Shown here in pieces: positions 24,835 to 35,476 of a stretch of 64,000 bases of DNA. The notes beneath the pieces were generated by a model. It was not told the origin of the DNA and did not search any database. It saw nothing but the letters and a program-made list of their open reading frames with translations. The stretch lies in the sequence record OR529409.1; one strand, given 5' to 3'. The translations under genes were made by a program, and so were the position numbers. Position 1 is the first letter of the stretch; every line of letters starts with the position of its first letter.

Positions 24835-26307
24835 ATGTCTACTGAAGGCAAAATCTATCTGGTCCGTGCGCGTTTTGGTTTGGCAAACATCTATCAAAAT
24901 CAGGTAAACAGAACACAGAGCATGAGCATCAACTCCCAAGATGTCGATCTGCTCAACGTTTCAAAAATTAATGGTCGGGTCAGTCAGAACACATTGCACG
25001 AAATCGGCGTGCGGACAGGTGGAGTGTCCACTCAGGCCGACGGTTACGCATTTATCGAAGATGGTTGGGATGCACCCCGTCGTGGTCTGGCGATGCTTGA
25101 ATTCGAAATTGAATCAGCGATGAACGTCGAAGAAAAACTTCATATCCTCGGTTATTTAGCTGGCGGTAGTGCGTCTGTTGATGAAGGTGTTCCGGAAGAC
25201 GTTATGTTTGTCCCGGTGCGTAATTGGGTGGTTAACAAAACCATGCAAATGTTACACACCGGCATGATGAAGTCCACAAGTAATTTGACAAGTGCGTCTC
25301 AGGTCCTTTTAAACAACCCGATGGCTTCAGGTGGTTCGTTCGCTATTCGTCCTCTGGATATTGTTGACGGTGCCTCAGGCATGGTCGCTGATGACGTTCA
25401 GGATCAATCGATGAACGGCGGGATGGAATCCCAGTATGTCGGAACCAGTAACTCCATTCTTCAGCATACTGGCGCTGCTTACTCTAAAGCCAAAAACCAA
25501 TCTCCGGGGGAATACGCGAAACAATTGCTCAAGTCGAGTTTACGAGCCGGGTCCTCTATGGAGACTTCTCGTGATCCGTATGGATCCATGGGTGATGCAT
25601 GCATGGACCCTGGTCTGAGCGAGACGGCCCTGCATCGAGACCCGTTCTTTAAAACCATGCGTCATGCGTTAGGCATGGGTCAGATGCAAGGATTCCAAGG
25701 TTTCTCCGTGGGTCAGATCGCATACGTCTTTGAGAATCTTCCTGACGTTATGGACCTCAGTACGTGTGACGACAATCGTTTCCAGATAGAGGACCATCGA
25801 CTGACGACGAATGAACTGGGGTCGTCTAACTATAACGAAATCATCGGCAATGAGTTGAGTAGCCTGGCGCAGTATATCCTCGTTGAATCAGAGTTGGGTT
25901 ATCTGGACATCGTAGCAACTAACAATGTCCAGAATTCCGTCGATAGCATCAATGGAATGCCGGTAGGTTTCATTGTGGGGGAATCTGGGTTATTGGTTGA
26001 TGGACTGGAAGGTTCTTTGGAGGAACGTGTCGAGAAAGCAAAAGAGCTCTTCTTGAGCCATTTCTTCTTGAAGTATGCTACTCCGTATCTGCATGACCGC
26101 ACTTTGATCAGCTTCCGTATGACCATGCGTCTCTTCGGTGAAACCGTTATCGAGATCTTCACCAATGGTGATGAAAGCAACAAACGCCGTATTGCTTTCC
26201 CGACCTTCTCGACTAACCGTACTGACCTGACTCTGGCGTCTATGGAATCCGCGGTTAATACCGGGACGACTTTCTTCCGTAACCTGAAAGACTATTTTAA
26301 CTTTTAA
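24835..26307 (+). CDS. picA: Phage-nucleus protein import factor PicA/Imp1 (phiKZ gp69-like)
   Basis: 490 aa, immediately after the gp68-like gene. Assignment is by synteny and size. Confidence 0.7.
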   Translation: MSTEGKIYLVRARFGLANIYQNQVNRTQSMSINSQDVDLLNVSKINGRVSQNTLHEIGVRTGGVSTQADGYAFIEDGWDAPRRGLAMLEFEIESAMNVEEKLHILGYLAGGSASVDEGVPEDVMFVPVRNWVVNKTMQMLHTGMMKSTSNLTSASQVLLNNPMASGGSFAIRPLDIVDGASGMVADDVQDQSMNGGMESQYVGTSNSILQHTGAAYSKAKNQSPGEYAKQLLKSSLRAGSSMETSRDPYGSMGDACMDPGLSETALHRDPFFKTMRHALGMGQMQGFQGFSVGQIAYVFENLPDVMDLSTCDDNRFQIEDHRLTTNELGSSNYNEIIGNELSSLAQYILVESELGYLDIVATNNVQNSVDSINGMPVGFIVGESGLLVDGLEGSLEERVEKAKELFLSHFFLKYATPYLHDRTLISFRMTMRLFGETVIEIFTNGDESNKRRIAFPTFSTNRTDLTLASMESAVNTGTTFFRNLKDYFNF

Positions 26308-26322
26308 TAGGAACATTTAATA

Positions 26323-27711
26323 ATGAATAACCTGAACAAACTTTATCTGTCCATGCTGGAAGCTTGGGGTGCTAAAATGGAACCCGATTACAGCCTGGTT
26401 ATGGTTCTGGATGGAGAGAAGTACCCTATTAAGGTTGATGGAATGAATGTCTATCTTCCGGTAGACGCCGTTCTGGACGGTAACACCATGGATAAAGTTT
26501 TCTTCCATCCGGCTTGCGAAAGTATTATCAGCCGTGAAACCGAGATCTTTAAAGTCATTCGTAAACTGACCGGGATGAAACTTCTTGATACCTTTAAGAA
26601 GCTTCCCCTGGTCCTGTTCAATATTGCATCAAAACGTTCCAACAAAAACCTGCGCAGTGATCTGGTCGATATCATCGATCCGTTACGCGATGTCAAAGAA
26701 GCAACGCGTAAAGAAGTGATCAATCTGTTTGAACAAATGCGCGTCGATCTCGAAGAGAACGCAACTGTCGATAATCGTTTCATTCATTTCCAAACGACCC
26801 GTGGCGGCCGTAGTAAAGTAGGTGGGGAAAAGATTTGTTATAAAGCTAAACCCATTTTCCCTTTCTATTCGGAAATGTCTAAAAAGCTGAATCGCAGCGA
26901 AGGTCTTCCGGACAATCAATCCGTTGATGTTAACGGATGTCAGATTAGTGTGGGTGGGCTCCGAATCGCCGTGGGTATCTTTAAAGCGGTGTTCCCGGAA
27001 ATCGATACACCGGACTTCTACGAGTTCGAATATCATCATCCGGATGCCGCTCGTCTCTGCGCGTTCTCTGGGGCGTATGTCAACGTGGCGGAATCCATCA
27101 ACTCTCTGCAGAACTCGTTCCGTACTGAGTTCGATAAGGTTGGAGTGTATGGGTTGGAAGTGGGCTTCTTTGAGAAGATGGATAATATCTCCGAATTCTA
27201 CAAACAAGTTCCTGCCATGAACTATAACTCCCAGAATACAGTGCCGGATAGTTCATCAGGTAAATCACATTTGATCGACCAGGTGATCAACACTCAGTCG
27301 GTGATTAGCCAGAATCAGCCGCAGCAGAATCCCCAACAACATATCGGTGGTGACAGCAACAACGGTTTCCGTTCCGTTGTAGAAGCCAGCATGCAGCCTG
27401 GTGAAGTTTATCAGGGTTGGTATTACGACCAGAACACGTCGTTCTATATCCACACAACGATGTCTACTGCCGGTCAGGTAAGCTATCGGATAACTCGCGC
27501 CGGTAACTTACTCAGCCGAGAATATAACGGGGTACCTCAGCAGCAAGGGATGTATCCGGGATACGGTCAGTATTATCAGCAGCAGTATATGCAACCTATC
27601 GCTTACGCTAACGTAGGTGCGCCTCAGCAACAATATGTGGTGGCGACTCCTCAGATGCAGCCGTCGGTTGTGAACACTGGTTATCAGCAGCCGTCCATTG
27701 TGACTTTCTAA
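26323..27711 (+). CDS. Nucleus-localised protein, Nlp/gp70-like
   Basis: 462 aa following PicA, with a Q/Y/P-rich low-complexity C-terminus. Assignment is by synteny. Confidence 0.6.
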   Translation: MNNLNKLYLSMLEAWGAKMEPDYSLVMVLDGEKYPIKVDGMNVYLPVDAVLDGNTMDKVFFHPACESIISRETEIFKVIRKLTGMKLLDTFKKLPLVLFNIASKRSNKNLRSDLVDIIDPLRDVKEATRKEVINLFEQMRVDLEENATVDNRFIHFQTTRGGRSKVGGEKICYKAKPIFPFYSEMSKKLNRSEGLPDNQSVDVNGCQISVGGLRIAVGIFKAVFPEIDTPDFYEFEYHHPDAARLCAFSGAYVNVAESINSLQNSFRTEFDKVGVYGLEVGFFEKMDNISEFYKQVPAMNYNSQNTVPDSSSGKSHLIDQVINTQSVISQNQPQQNPQQHIGGDSNNGFRSVVEASMQPGEVYQGWYYDQNTSFYIHTTMSTAGQVSYRITRAGNLLSREYNGVPQQQGMYPGYGQYYQQQYMQPIAYANVGAPQQQYVVATPQMQPSVVNTGYQQPSIVTF

Positions 27712-27722
27712 CTTAACCTGTG

Positions 27723-27757
27723 TAGTGAATGGGGAAATCCCCATTCACTATTTTTTT
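27723..27757 (+). terminator. Rho-independent terminator
   Basis: 12-bp stem TAGTGAATGGGG/CCCCATTCACTA followed by T7. Confidence 0.88.
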
Positions 27758-27767
27758 GGGATAAAAT

Positions 27768-28118
27768 ATGCGATCTGTCGTTTTAACTAAAGATTATTTG
27801 CTTTACTGGGAAAAACAAAACCGCATTACGGTCAGAAATATTGTAAACCTCCTCAACGTTAAACCGATTTACGGAGAGCTTTTATCTGATCTTCACGCCA
27901 GAGTGGATTCAGAAAGACTAACCGTTGAATTTCGTAACGTCGTGGCGAAGTTTGAAAGATTTAAACTAACCCCCCAATTGAATATTGAAGCGGACGTTTC
28001 TTTCATGGGAAGCCTAAAAGAAAACACGCCTCCCTCCTCCGACGTGGTTTACCACGCCAGAGGATTTTTAATGGGAGACCGTTTAAATGTTGTTGCTATT
28101 GACGTTTCGTTGAAATAA
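27768..28118 (+). CDS. Hypothetical protein
   Basis: 116-aa ORF. Confidence 0.55.
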   Translation: MRSVVLTKDYLLYWEKQNRITVRNIVNLLNVKPIYGELLSDLHARVDSERLTVEFRNVVAKFERFKLTPQLNIEADVSFMGSLKENTPPSSDVVYHARGFLMGDRLNVVAIDVSLK

Positions 28119-28152
28119 ATTAAAACTACACATTGTATCTTAAGCGACTATG

Positions 28153-28476
28153 CTAACTTAACCTCTGAGTGTTGGCTTTGGAAATTAAGTTATCGACGAT
28201 TTGCTGGTCGACATAAAGAAACGTGGTCATTCCACTAACATCTTGACTTGGATCCGTGATTTTATTTAAAAAACAAGTCATCCATCTCATTTCAATGGGT
28301 ATGTTGTGCGCTCTCAAAACACGACTAAAATCGTACTTGTGTGCATTAAGAAAACTTCTATCGGAGATAACCTGGGTCTTAGCCATGGAAGTTAAATAAT
28401 CAATGTTGCTGCGTAATAAGACCTTGGTATCCTCGGAGAAGTAAACGTCATCAACGGTGACAAAATTACTGAACAT
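28153..28476 (-). CDS. Hypothetical protein
   Basis: 107-aa ORF with AGGAG upstream on the minus strand. Confidence 0.65.
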   Translation of the reverse strand: MFSNFVTVDDVYFSEDTKVLLRSNIDYLTSMAKTQVISDRSFLNAHKYDFSRVLRAHNIPIEMRWMTCFLNKITDPSQDVSGMTTFLYVDQQIVDNLISKANTQRLS

Positions 28477-28551
28477 AAGCTAACTCCTTTAAGACCTATA
28501 TCATCGCGATGTACCACAACTTTAGGAATAACAACGATAGAGGCACGTTTC

Positions 28552-30663
28552 ATGGTAGAAAAATTTGTCTATAAGAAACCCACAAACCAGCTTAAACCAG
28601 AGTTGATGTCCATCAATATTAACTTGAACTCATTTCCCTGGTCGGTTTCATCGTCACGTCAATATATGTTGGGTGGTAACGTAGCTAAAGCAGTTTCCAT
28701 ACAAGGCGCGTCGACAAGGCGTAACCCCGTTGGATTCGAACCAGAATATGCTAAGTACGCTCGTAAAGTCATAGCGCCGTCAAACATGACTGTAGAGAGA
28801 ACATTTTATCAGCGATCTCTACAACCCGGTAGCAATCTTGCAGATGATTGGGCGGAGATCCACGTTATCTTCTTTAATGAAGAACACCAGCTTTATGATC
28901 TCTTGACCATTCCACGATTTAATACGCAGAATACTTACGTTGGGTTTGAGTACAAACTTAACAAGGATAACCTTCGTAAACTCAGTACAGAATCACCGAC
29001 CTTTAAGAAAGGTGATGTGTTTGCGTATTCTCCAAATATCAGCGATACTGGAGAGTGGATGTTTGGTACTGAGGCGATGGTTTGTGGGATGACCGCACCT
29101 TATACCGAAGAAGACGGCATTGCTATTACTGAGAGCTTTGCTCGTAAGCTGACCAGCATCTTCCAACATTCTCGTAAGTTCTCCTGGAACGAAGCAGAGT
29201 ACGTGCCGCTGAATCTTTATGGAACATTAGATTCTCCACGGCCTTTCCCTGAGAACGGAGAAAGTATTCGTAGTGACGGTATTGTCATGGGGTTCCGTAG
29301 ACGTGACACTTCGAGCGCTCTGGTGGGCTTAACCAAAAAAGCACTCATGCGTCCTGATCAAACTTACGATATTCTTTTCTACGCGCCTAAAGATTGCGTT
29401 GTTAAAAATATCTCCGTCAAGTCAGATCGTTATAAGAACGTTTCCAATAACAAACGTCAGGAGAAGATTACTCAGCCTCACACTCAGTTGCTGGAACGTT
29501 ATGAGCAGCGTTCTAACCAAATGGCGTTTGAGGTCCAGGAGTGGTATTACCGGATGGATGCGAAGTTTAAAGATTCCGATCTTCCTTTCACCCATGCACT
29601 CCAAGAGTTCATCTCTAAACAGTTAGGCGACGTCACTAAAAACTTCGCTACCGGCAAGTATAACCAGGTCAAGCGAACCCACCGCAATAAGGCGCTTTTG
29701 GATTGGAACGTCGAGATTACTTTAAAGGAAAGAGTCACTGCGCGTAAACGTTTTAAAATTACCGACACTCAAGGTGCAAAAGGCGTAATCGTTCACATTA
29801 TACCCGATGCTAACGCACCGCGATACGCCGATGGACGTCGATCAGAAGTCATCATTAATAACACTCCTGCTTTTAGACGCCAGATCTTTTCGGCGTTAAT
29901 AGAAGCTGGGGTTAACTTAATAGGCTTGGAGATCGAAAACAGGATCAGAGTTCTAGTTGCTCAAAACGGAGGGTATAAGAAAGCTTATCAGGAGCTCATT
30001 AAGTTTTATCGTTCTACCGCTCCGGAGTTCGCCGATATCGTTGATGCCGCTCTCCCCACGGAAGAAGAACAATTCGATCACGTTGACTTTGTGTTGAGTG
30101 ATAAGATCTGCGTTCAACGTCGAAGCGACACCCAGCTGTATGGCGCCGATATTCTGAGATTGATGCGGGAAACCTATCCGGATATCAAACCTCAAAAGGC
30201 AATTTACGTTAACGAGCTCGGTCAGGAAATCACCACCATGTTCCCTGTCAGTATCAGCAGCATGTATTACATCCTGCTTGATAAGTTTGGTAACGATATG
30301 AGTTGCCAGTCATTCCCTAAGCGTAACGTGTACGGCCTGCCGTCTAAGTTGAACCATGGCGATCGTTATAGGGATTGGCACCGTGCTCAACCAGGCCGTA
30401 ATATGGGTGAGGCAGAATCACGTCAGAAGAATACTCAGATGGGGGGAGAGGAAGTTGTAAGGCAGTTGGCGGCAGCTAACTCCCCTTACGTTTGTATCAT
30501 GATGACGAAGCGTATTATTCGGGCTAATAACCCGTTTCGAATTAAAACCATTATTAAACCTGAAGAGTATGCGATGAGCCGATCTTTGGGAATGACGATG
30601 AATTTACTTAACGACGCGGGTTATACTTTACGTAAGGAAAAAGACAGTGATCTTACTTCGTGA
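28552..30663 (+). CDS. Non-virion RNA polymerase beta C-terminal subunit (phiKZ gp71-73-like)
   Basis: Beta-subunit segments SSSRQYM, EDGIAI, KITDTQGAKG, LLDK and GRNMGEAE. Uninterrupted. Confidence 0.88.
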   Translation: MVEKFVYKKPTNQLKPELMSININLNSFPWSVSSSRQYMLGGNVAKAVSIQGASTRRNPVGFEPEYAKYARKVIAPSNMTVERTFYQRSLQPGSNLADDWAEIHVIFFNEEHQLYDLLTIPRFNTQNTYVGFEYKLNKDNLRKLSTESPTFKKGDVFAYSPNISDTGEWMFGTEAMVCGMTAPYTEEDGIAITESFARKLTSIFQHSRKFSWNEAEYVPLNLYGTLDSPRPFPENGESIRSDGIVMGFRRRDTSSALVGLTKKALMRPDQTYDILFYAPKDCVVKNISVKSDRYKNVSNNKRQEKITQPHTQLLERYEQRSNQMAFEVQEWYYRMDAKFKDSDLPFTHALQEFISKQLGDVTKNFATGKYNQVKRTHRNKALLDWNVEITLKERVTARKRFKITDTQGAKGVIVHIIPDANAPRYADGRRSEVIINNTPAFRRQIFSALIEAGVNLIGLEIENRIRVLVAQNGGYKKAYQELIKFYRSTAPEFADIVDAALPTEEEQFDHVDFVLSDKICVQRRSDTQLYGADILRLMRETYPDIKPQKAIYVNELGQEITTMFPVSISSMYYILLDKFGNDMSCQSFPKRNVYGLPSKLNHGDRYRDWHRAQPGRNMGEAESRQKNTQMGGEEVVRQLAAANSPYVCIMMTKRIIRANNPFRIKTIIKPEEYAMSRSLGMTMNLLNDAGYTLRKEKDSDLTS

Positions 30664-32626
30664 TTATGCGAATCTGACCGAACGAGAGCTCCTGACCAAA
30701 TGGTGGAAGAATCGTGTTAAAGTTGTGGTTAAGGATGACCACGGTGAAACACTAGAAACTGATTCTTACGTGCTGATGGTGAACTGGTATGGATTATCAA
30801 TTCACCGAGCCTATAACAACATCCCTTATTCCATACAAGAGGTATTCCAAGCAAAAGTTTGGAATGATAAAACAATACAGCGACCTATTAACTGGTTCCT
30901 CCAAAATCAGTTGATGCCGTTAATTGACGATCCGGTTGAAACTGATCGGATCAAGCAAATGATCTACGAGTGGCAGATCAAACTTAATAACTTCCTGCAT
31001 TTCTTTGGACAGGGCGCTGAGATATCGGCATTGGGGTACGATATACTCGACGTTATGGACCATCCTTTGATGAAGAGTATCAAGGAACGGATCCATTCTC
31101 TCGAAATAACCATCGATGAAGGGGAGGCGGAATTTAAATCGCTTATCCTTGAGCATGAAGATTTCGATAGCAACACCTTTGCTTTACTCGCTAGGACCGG
31201 ATCGGTTTCGGTCAATCAGGGCTTCCAAACCGTTATTATCAGGGGATCAGTATTTGACCTAAACAACCAGATACTCCCCAATCCTGTAGAAGCATCATTT
31301 GCAGATGGTTTGGTTAATTTGGCAGATGCTTTGGGTGAGAGTAAAGCGGCGGGTAAGAGCCTCATCAGTAACGGCCGCGCATTGGAAGATTCAGAGTGGT
31401 TCCATAGGAAATTGCATATTGTGACTTCCGTGGTGACCGATCTGCATCATCAGACTGATTGCGGAACAACCTTCACAGTACCGATTAAAGTTCTTTCCAG
31501 GGATATGCTTTCTGCTATGAAGGGCAAGTATATCGTGGAAGAAGGTAAGTTGGTACTATTAACCGATCAAACCATTAAACGTTACCATAAGGGCGACGTT
31601 CTTAATATGAGGTCGGTTAAAGGCTGTCTTACTCATAAGCCTGGTGAGCCTTGTGGGGTGTGTTACGGTAAGATGAAGGCGTCGATACCGTATAACGTCA
31701 TCATGATGAAATCTGCGAATCCCGGAATGTATTCCGCCACGGCAATTGCAGAACGTATTGGTCAGGCTCTTCTTTCGACCAAACACTTCATGAGACACAC
31801 TCAAACTATTCCGTTCTTTGTTAAGCCAACAGATGCGGATGTGATCTCCTCTGATACGAATTACATTTTCTTGAATAAAGAAATGTGTCGTAAAGGAACT
31901 AAGGTCATATTGGATGGGTTGATCGGAAGCGAGCTTTCTGACTTCCGAAATCTGGAATCTCTGGATGAGATCAATTTCGATCAATTGCGGACATTCCCTT
32001 CTGTTGCGTTTGAATATGAAACGGAAGACCCGATGACCGAAGGTATTGCGATCACACAACGTAACATCACCACGTCTGTATCCTCTCGTAGTGCAAGGAT
32101 GTCAAGAGAGTTTATCGAGTACGCCATCTCTAAAGGGTGGGAGAAAGATAAAAAGTTGATTACGGTCGATCTATCCGATTATCGTAGTGAGGATCCGTTG
32201 TTCTTCCTCCCTTATGTGCATGAGGACCTGGATCAGTATCGTCGTCAAATCGAAGGATTCGTCTCTTTCTCCAATCGTAACAACGCTTGGAAGCAAAGGG
32301 AGATAACTCCTGAGATCTTCGGGGAAGTATTAGGCGAAATGTGGAGCTTAGTAAACCGTAAGTTTGCCGGGATCAACATTATTCACTCCGAAATTATCCT
32401 TTACTCCCTGTTAACGAGGGATCCGTTTAACGGATTGTATAGGATACCTAGAGGTGACGAGCCCCAGTATTTCTCCGCTTTCACGCATTGCATTAACAAT
32501 CGAGGAATAGGGACCCTGGCGATTTACCAGAAGCAAAATCAGATACTCGAATCCCCTGAGACGTATGATATTAAAGAACGTCAAGGAGGCGCCTTTGAGT
32601 GTTATCTGGCTCCAGCCGTCCTATAG
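30647..32626 (+). CDS. Non-virion RNA polymerase beta' C-terminal-part subunit (phiKZ gp74-like)
   Basis: DCGT, CxxxxxxxxCxxCYG Zn site and QALLSTKH trigger-loop-like segment. Confidence 0.88.
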   Translation: MILLRDYANLTERELLTKWWKNRVKVVVKDDHGETLETDSYVLMVNWYGLSIHRAYNNIPYSIQEVFQAKVWNDKTIQRPINWFLQNQLMPLIDDPVETDRIKQMIYEWQIKLNNFLHFFGQGAEISALGYDILDVMDHPLMKSIKERIHSLEITIDEGEAEFKSLILEHEDFDSNTFALLARTGSVSVNQGFQTVIIRGSVFDLNNQILPNPVEASFADGLVNLADALGESKAAGKSLISNGRALEDSEWFHRKLHIVTSVVTDLHHQTDCGTTFTVPIKVLSRDMLSAMKGKYIVEEGKLVLLTDQTIKRYHKGDVLNMRSVKGCLTHKPGEPCGVCYGKMKASIPYNVIMMKSANPGMYSATAIAERIGQALLSTKHFMRHTQTIPFFVKPTDADVISSDTNYIFLNKEMCRKGTKVILDGLIGSELSDFRNLESLDEINFDQLRTFPSVAFEYETEDPMTEGIAITQRNITTSVSSRSARMSREFIEYAISKGWEKDKKLITVDLSDYRSEDPLFFLPYVHEDLDQYRRQIEGFVSFSNRNNAWKQREITPEIFGEVLGEMWSLVNRKFAGINIIHSEIILYSLLTRDPFNGLYRIPRGDEPQYFSAFTHCINNRGIGTLAIYQKQNQILESPETYDIKERQGGAFECYLAPAVL

Positions 32627-32642
32627 ACAATAGGAGTTAACC

Positions 32643-34193
32643 GTGCGTAAGACGGTGGTCATTAACAAAGCGCACAATTACCTCAGAATAACGGATTATT
32701 CTGAGGAGTTTGTGAACAGAGTGATAATGCCGTTCTGTCGACGGTATCTTTATAAGTACGCCAAAAAACCTATCCCCGGAACAAGAAAAACTCAGAGTTA
32801 CGTGAGTCATGTGTTCGCTCGTATGAATAATGACAAAACGGAATTCCGTATATCCGCGGGTCTTCTAAAAGAATTCCTGAGTTTTATGGAATATTGCGGG
32901 TATGCTCCCAACAGGGCGCTTGTACTCGATGAACCAGAAATCGTTCCGACGAGAGTACAGTTCGAATGGAATAAAGGATGGGGTGGGTATAAACCAGGGA
33001 GTGAGCAAGAACAGAAGGAATGGTGTGATTACCAGATTGCTGACGGACCCATAAAAGTCAACAACGCCGGAACAGGTGTGGGTAAGAGCTTTTGTGCGAC
33101 AAAGCTCATGGTTGACATGGGGGTTCGTGGGCTGATAACAGCATTACCTCGTTACATACCGATATGGTCCAAATGCCTGTTTCAATATTTGAAACTCTCG
33201 GTTGAAGACGTAGTCTATGTTGAATCTGGTGGGCTTGAGGAGTTAGCCGAAAACATTCAGAAGGGAATTATTAATCCTAAAATCATCATTCTCCCATTAA
33301 CCAGGATTGACTCGCACTATAAACGGATGAGAGAGGATGATACCGTTCCCGACTTAGACGAACTCTATGCTAAGATGGGGATTGGGTTGAGGATCATGGA
33401 TGAAGGACACGAATCTGTTTATCAGGTTTATATGTCCATGCTTTACGGTAATTTCTCGAAGACCCTGGCGTTGTCAGCAACTCTGAAAGCCGACGATGCT
33501 TTACAGAACCGTATCTATTCGTACATCTATCCTCAAAGCATCCGCTTGAAGGACGGAGAATCGAAGAAATACATCGATGTTTATGCTTACCATCACTGGA
33601 TTGACATTAGGAAGTTCAGGATTAACCCCAGAGGATTTGGGGGGTATAACCACGTGAAGTTCGAACAAGGGATTATGAAATCGCCTTACCTGCTCGGCAG
33701 GTATTACGAACTCTGTAAACAGGCGTTTGAAGAGTTTTATGTCAAAGACTTGTTACCCGAGCAAAAAGCCCTCTGGTTCTTTGCGACAGTGGAAATGTGT
33801 GTCAACATGTTGGAGTTCTTTAAAAGGGACTACCCGGAAATGGATTTCGGGAAATACACCAACGAGGAATCGTCTAAGGCGGATACCAAAGATAATTACC
33901 TCAAGCACCAAGTCTTGATTACCACTCCTCAGAGTTGCAGCACCGGTAAAGATATTGAGAAACTCTACGTGGCGTTTAGTCCCTATGCGGTTTCTTCTAA
34001 ACAGCGTAACGCTCAGTCATTAGGGCGTTTAAGGGAAATAACGAAATGGTGGCCCGATCTTTCTCCTAAGTACGTTTACTTCGTTTGTCAGAATGTGGAC
34101 AAGCAAGTTGACTACCATCGCAAGCGAATGGAGGAGTTCGCCAACAAAGCGAAGAGCATTACCAATATCAATAGCGGGCATTCCATTCCTTAG
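32643..34193 (+). CDS. SF2 (UvsW-like) DNA helicase (phiKZ gp75-like)
   Basis: Walker A AGTGVGKS, DEGH box, LSAT, TGKD and QSLGRLR. Confidence 0.9.
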   Translation: MRKTVVINKAHNYLRITDYSEEFVNRVIMPFCRRYLYKYAKKPIPGTRKTQSYVSHVFARMNNDKTEFRISAGLLKEFLSFMEYCGYAPNRALVLDEPEIVPTRVQFEWNKGWGGYKPGSEQEQKEWCDYQIADGPIKVNNAGTGVGKSFCATKLMVDMGVRGLITALPRYIPIWSKCLFQYLKLSVEDVVYVESGGLEELAENIQKGIINPKIIILPLTRIDSHYKRMREDDTVPDLDELYAKMGIGLRIMDEGHESVYQVYMSMLYGNFSKTLALSATLKADDALQNRIYSYIYPQSIRLKDGESKKYIDVYAYHHWIDIRKFRINPRGFGGYNHVKFEQGIMKSPYLLGRYYELCKQAFEEFYVKDLLPEQKALWFFATVEMCVNMLEFFKRDYPEMDFGKYTNEESSKADTKDNYLKHQVLITTPQSCSTGKDIEKLYVAFSPYAVSSKQRNAQSLGRLREITKWWPDLSPKYVYFVCQNVDKQVDYHRKRMEEFANKAKSITNINSGHSIP

Positions 34194-34285
34194 AATTTTT
34201 CAGTACTAAATTATGACTAGGTCAAGAGCTGGGGGTTTCCTCAGCTCCCACCTATTATGCATTTACAAATTTAGGAGGAACGATT

Positions 34286-34735
34286 ATGCGTTCCGTCATG
34301 ATCATAAGAGCAGGAAAGGAGATCGAACCCTTTGCACTGGAAGCCTTAATCGCGGGCATTTTGGACTACACGGCGCATCAGAAACTCGAAGATGCGTATG
34401 AGATCATGGACTCCTTACTATCAAATATTGTCACGGATAGTTTGGACGAGCTTAATGACAAAATGCTCGAACCCACCACTCGACCTCTTTCCATATACGA
34501 GAAGGAAAAATATCAGCATTATTTGAACGAAAAGAAGAACGAACGTTATATTCGTTTCTTCCAATTACGCCAGCGTACTCTGAGCGCTTTCTCGACGTTT
34601 CTTGAAAACTTTAACGACCCCATCCTATCTATGTCTAAAGGTAATAATCTTTTACCCAAGTTGGAAGCCGAACGAAATAATATTTTGTTCGTCTCATTAG
34701 AGCAGAAGAAGAATGGAACCAAAACAAAACAATAG
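34286..34735 (+). CDS. Conserved hypothetical protein
   Basis: 149 aa with AGGAGG SD. Confidence 0.75.
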   Translation: MRSVMIIRAGKEIEPFALEALIAGILDYTAHQKLEDAYEIMDSLLSNIVTDSLDELNDKMLEPTTRPLSIYEKEKYQHYLNEKKNERYIRFFQLRQRTLSAFSTFLENFNDPILSMSKGNNLLPKLEAERNNILFVSLEQKKNGTKTKQ

Positions 34736-35111
34736 CCTGATTTCGGTATTGCGATCTCGCTCCAATTATTCTGAGGAAGGAGGCTTGGTAGCTGGAGAAT
34801 ATCTGGCTGATTATTTTGAAAACGCCGTTATTCAAGAGCATATGGATTTGGGTTATTTAAGAAGCATGTGTTATGATCAGGCGTTGATGGGTAACCGGTC
34901 ATTGACAAAACCAGGATGGATGCATCCGGCCCTCTCTTACGACGCGAGTGACGTCTGTGACGATTTATTTACAGAGGCAATGGAAATACTCGCTGAAGTT
35001 AATAATGATGTCACAGAGGCTCTGAATTGCATTAATTCTATTTCCTTTAAACGTACTTCCCGGCTTCTCTTCAGCACCGGAAGTGTAATCATGATAAAAA
35101 CCCAATGGTAG
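34713..35111 (+). CDS. Hypothetical protein
   Basis: 132-aa ORF overlapping its neighbours. Confidence 0.65.
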   Translation: MEPKQNNSLISVLRSRSNYSEEGGLVAGEYLADYFENAVIQEHMDLGYLRSMCYDQALMGNRSLTKPGWMHPALSYDASDVCDDLFTEAMEILAEVNNDVTEALNCINSISFKRTSRLLFSTGSVIMIKTQW

Positions 35112-35476
35112 ACAGAATAAGAAGTTTGGTTAGGGTCAGTGTCCCAGCAGACATCCCCTGGGCTTCTGATTCGAGGTTGTACCACGCCAGCGCGCTTTTC
35201 TTTGAACGCTGGATTTACTATGGTGATTTCTCTCCTGAAGCTTACGACGAACTCTTCATCGACGTCGAATCTTTATTTGAGAAATCGCCGAAATCGGATG
35301 TTAATGAGATGTTTGATGAATGTTTACTCTTAGTGGAAAACATTCGTAATGACGAACTTAACAGTGAAGTGAAACATCTTATTGAGAGCAGTCGTTTTAA
35401 GGTATCGGTTGAGGGCACGAAGCTCATCAATTGGGATCATCAACGCTTTTTAATCTTAGTGGAAACTTTAACATGA
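35105..35476 (+). CDS. Hypothetical protein
   Basis: 123-aa ORF, coupled to its neighbours. Confidence 0.65.
   Translation: MVDRIRSLVRVSVPADIPWASDSRLYHASALFFERWIYYGDFSPEAYDELFIDVESLFEKSPKSDVNEMFDECLLLVENIRNDELNSEVKHLIESSRFKVSVEGTKLINWDHQRFLILVETLT

Noticed and set aside
15946-32626. Introns, inteins or homing endonucleases in RNAP, polymerase or helicase genes
   Set aside because: The ORFs are continuous and of ordinary length, with no LAGLIDADG, HNH or GIY-YIG motifs or C...HN intein ends seen.
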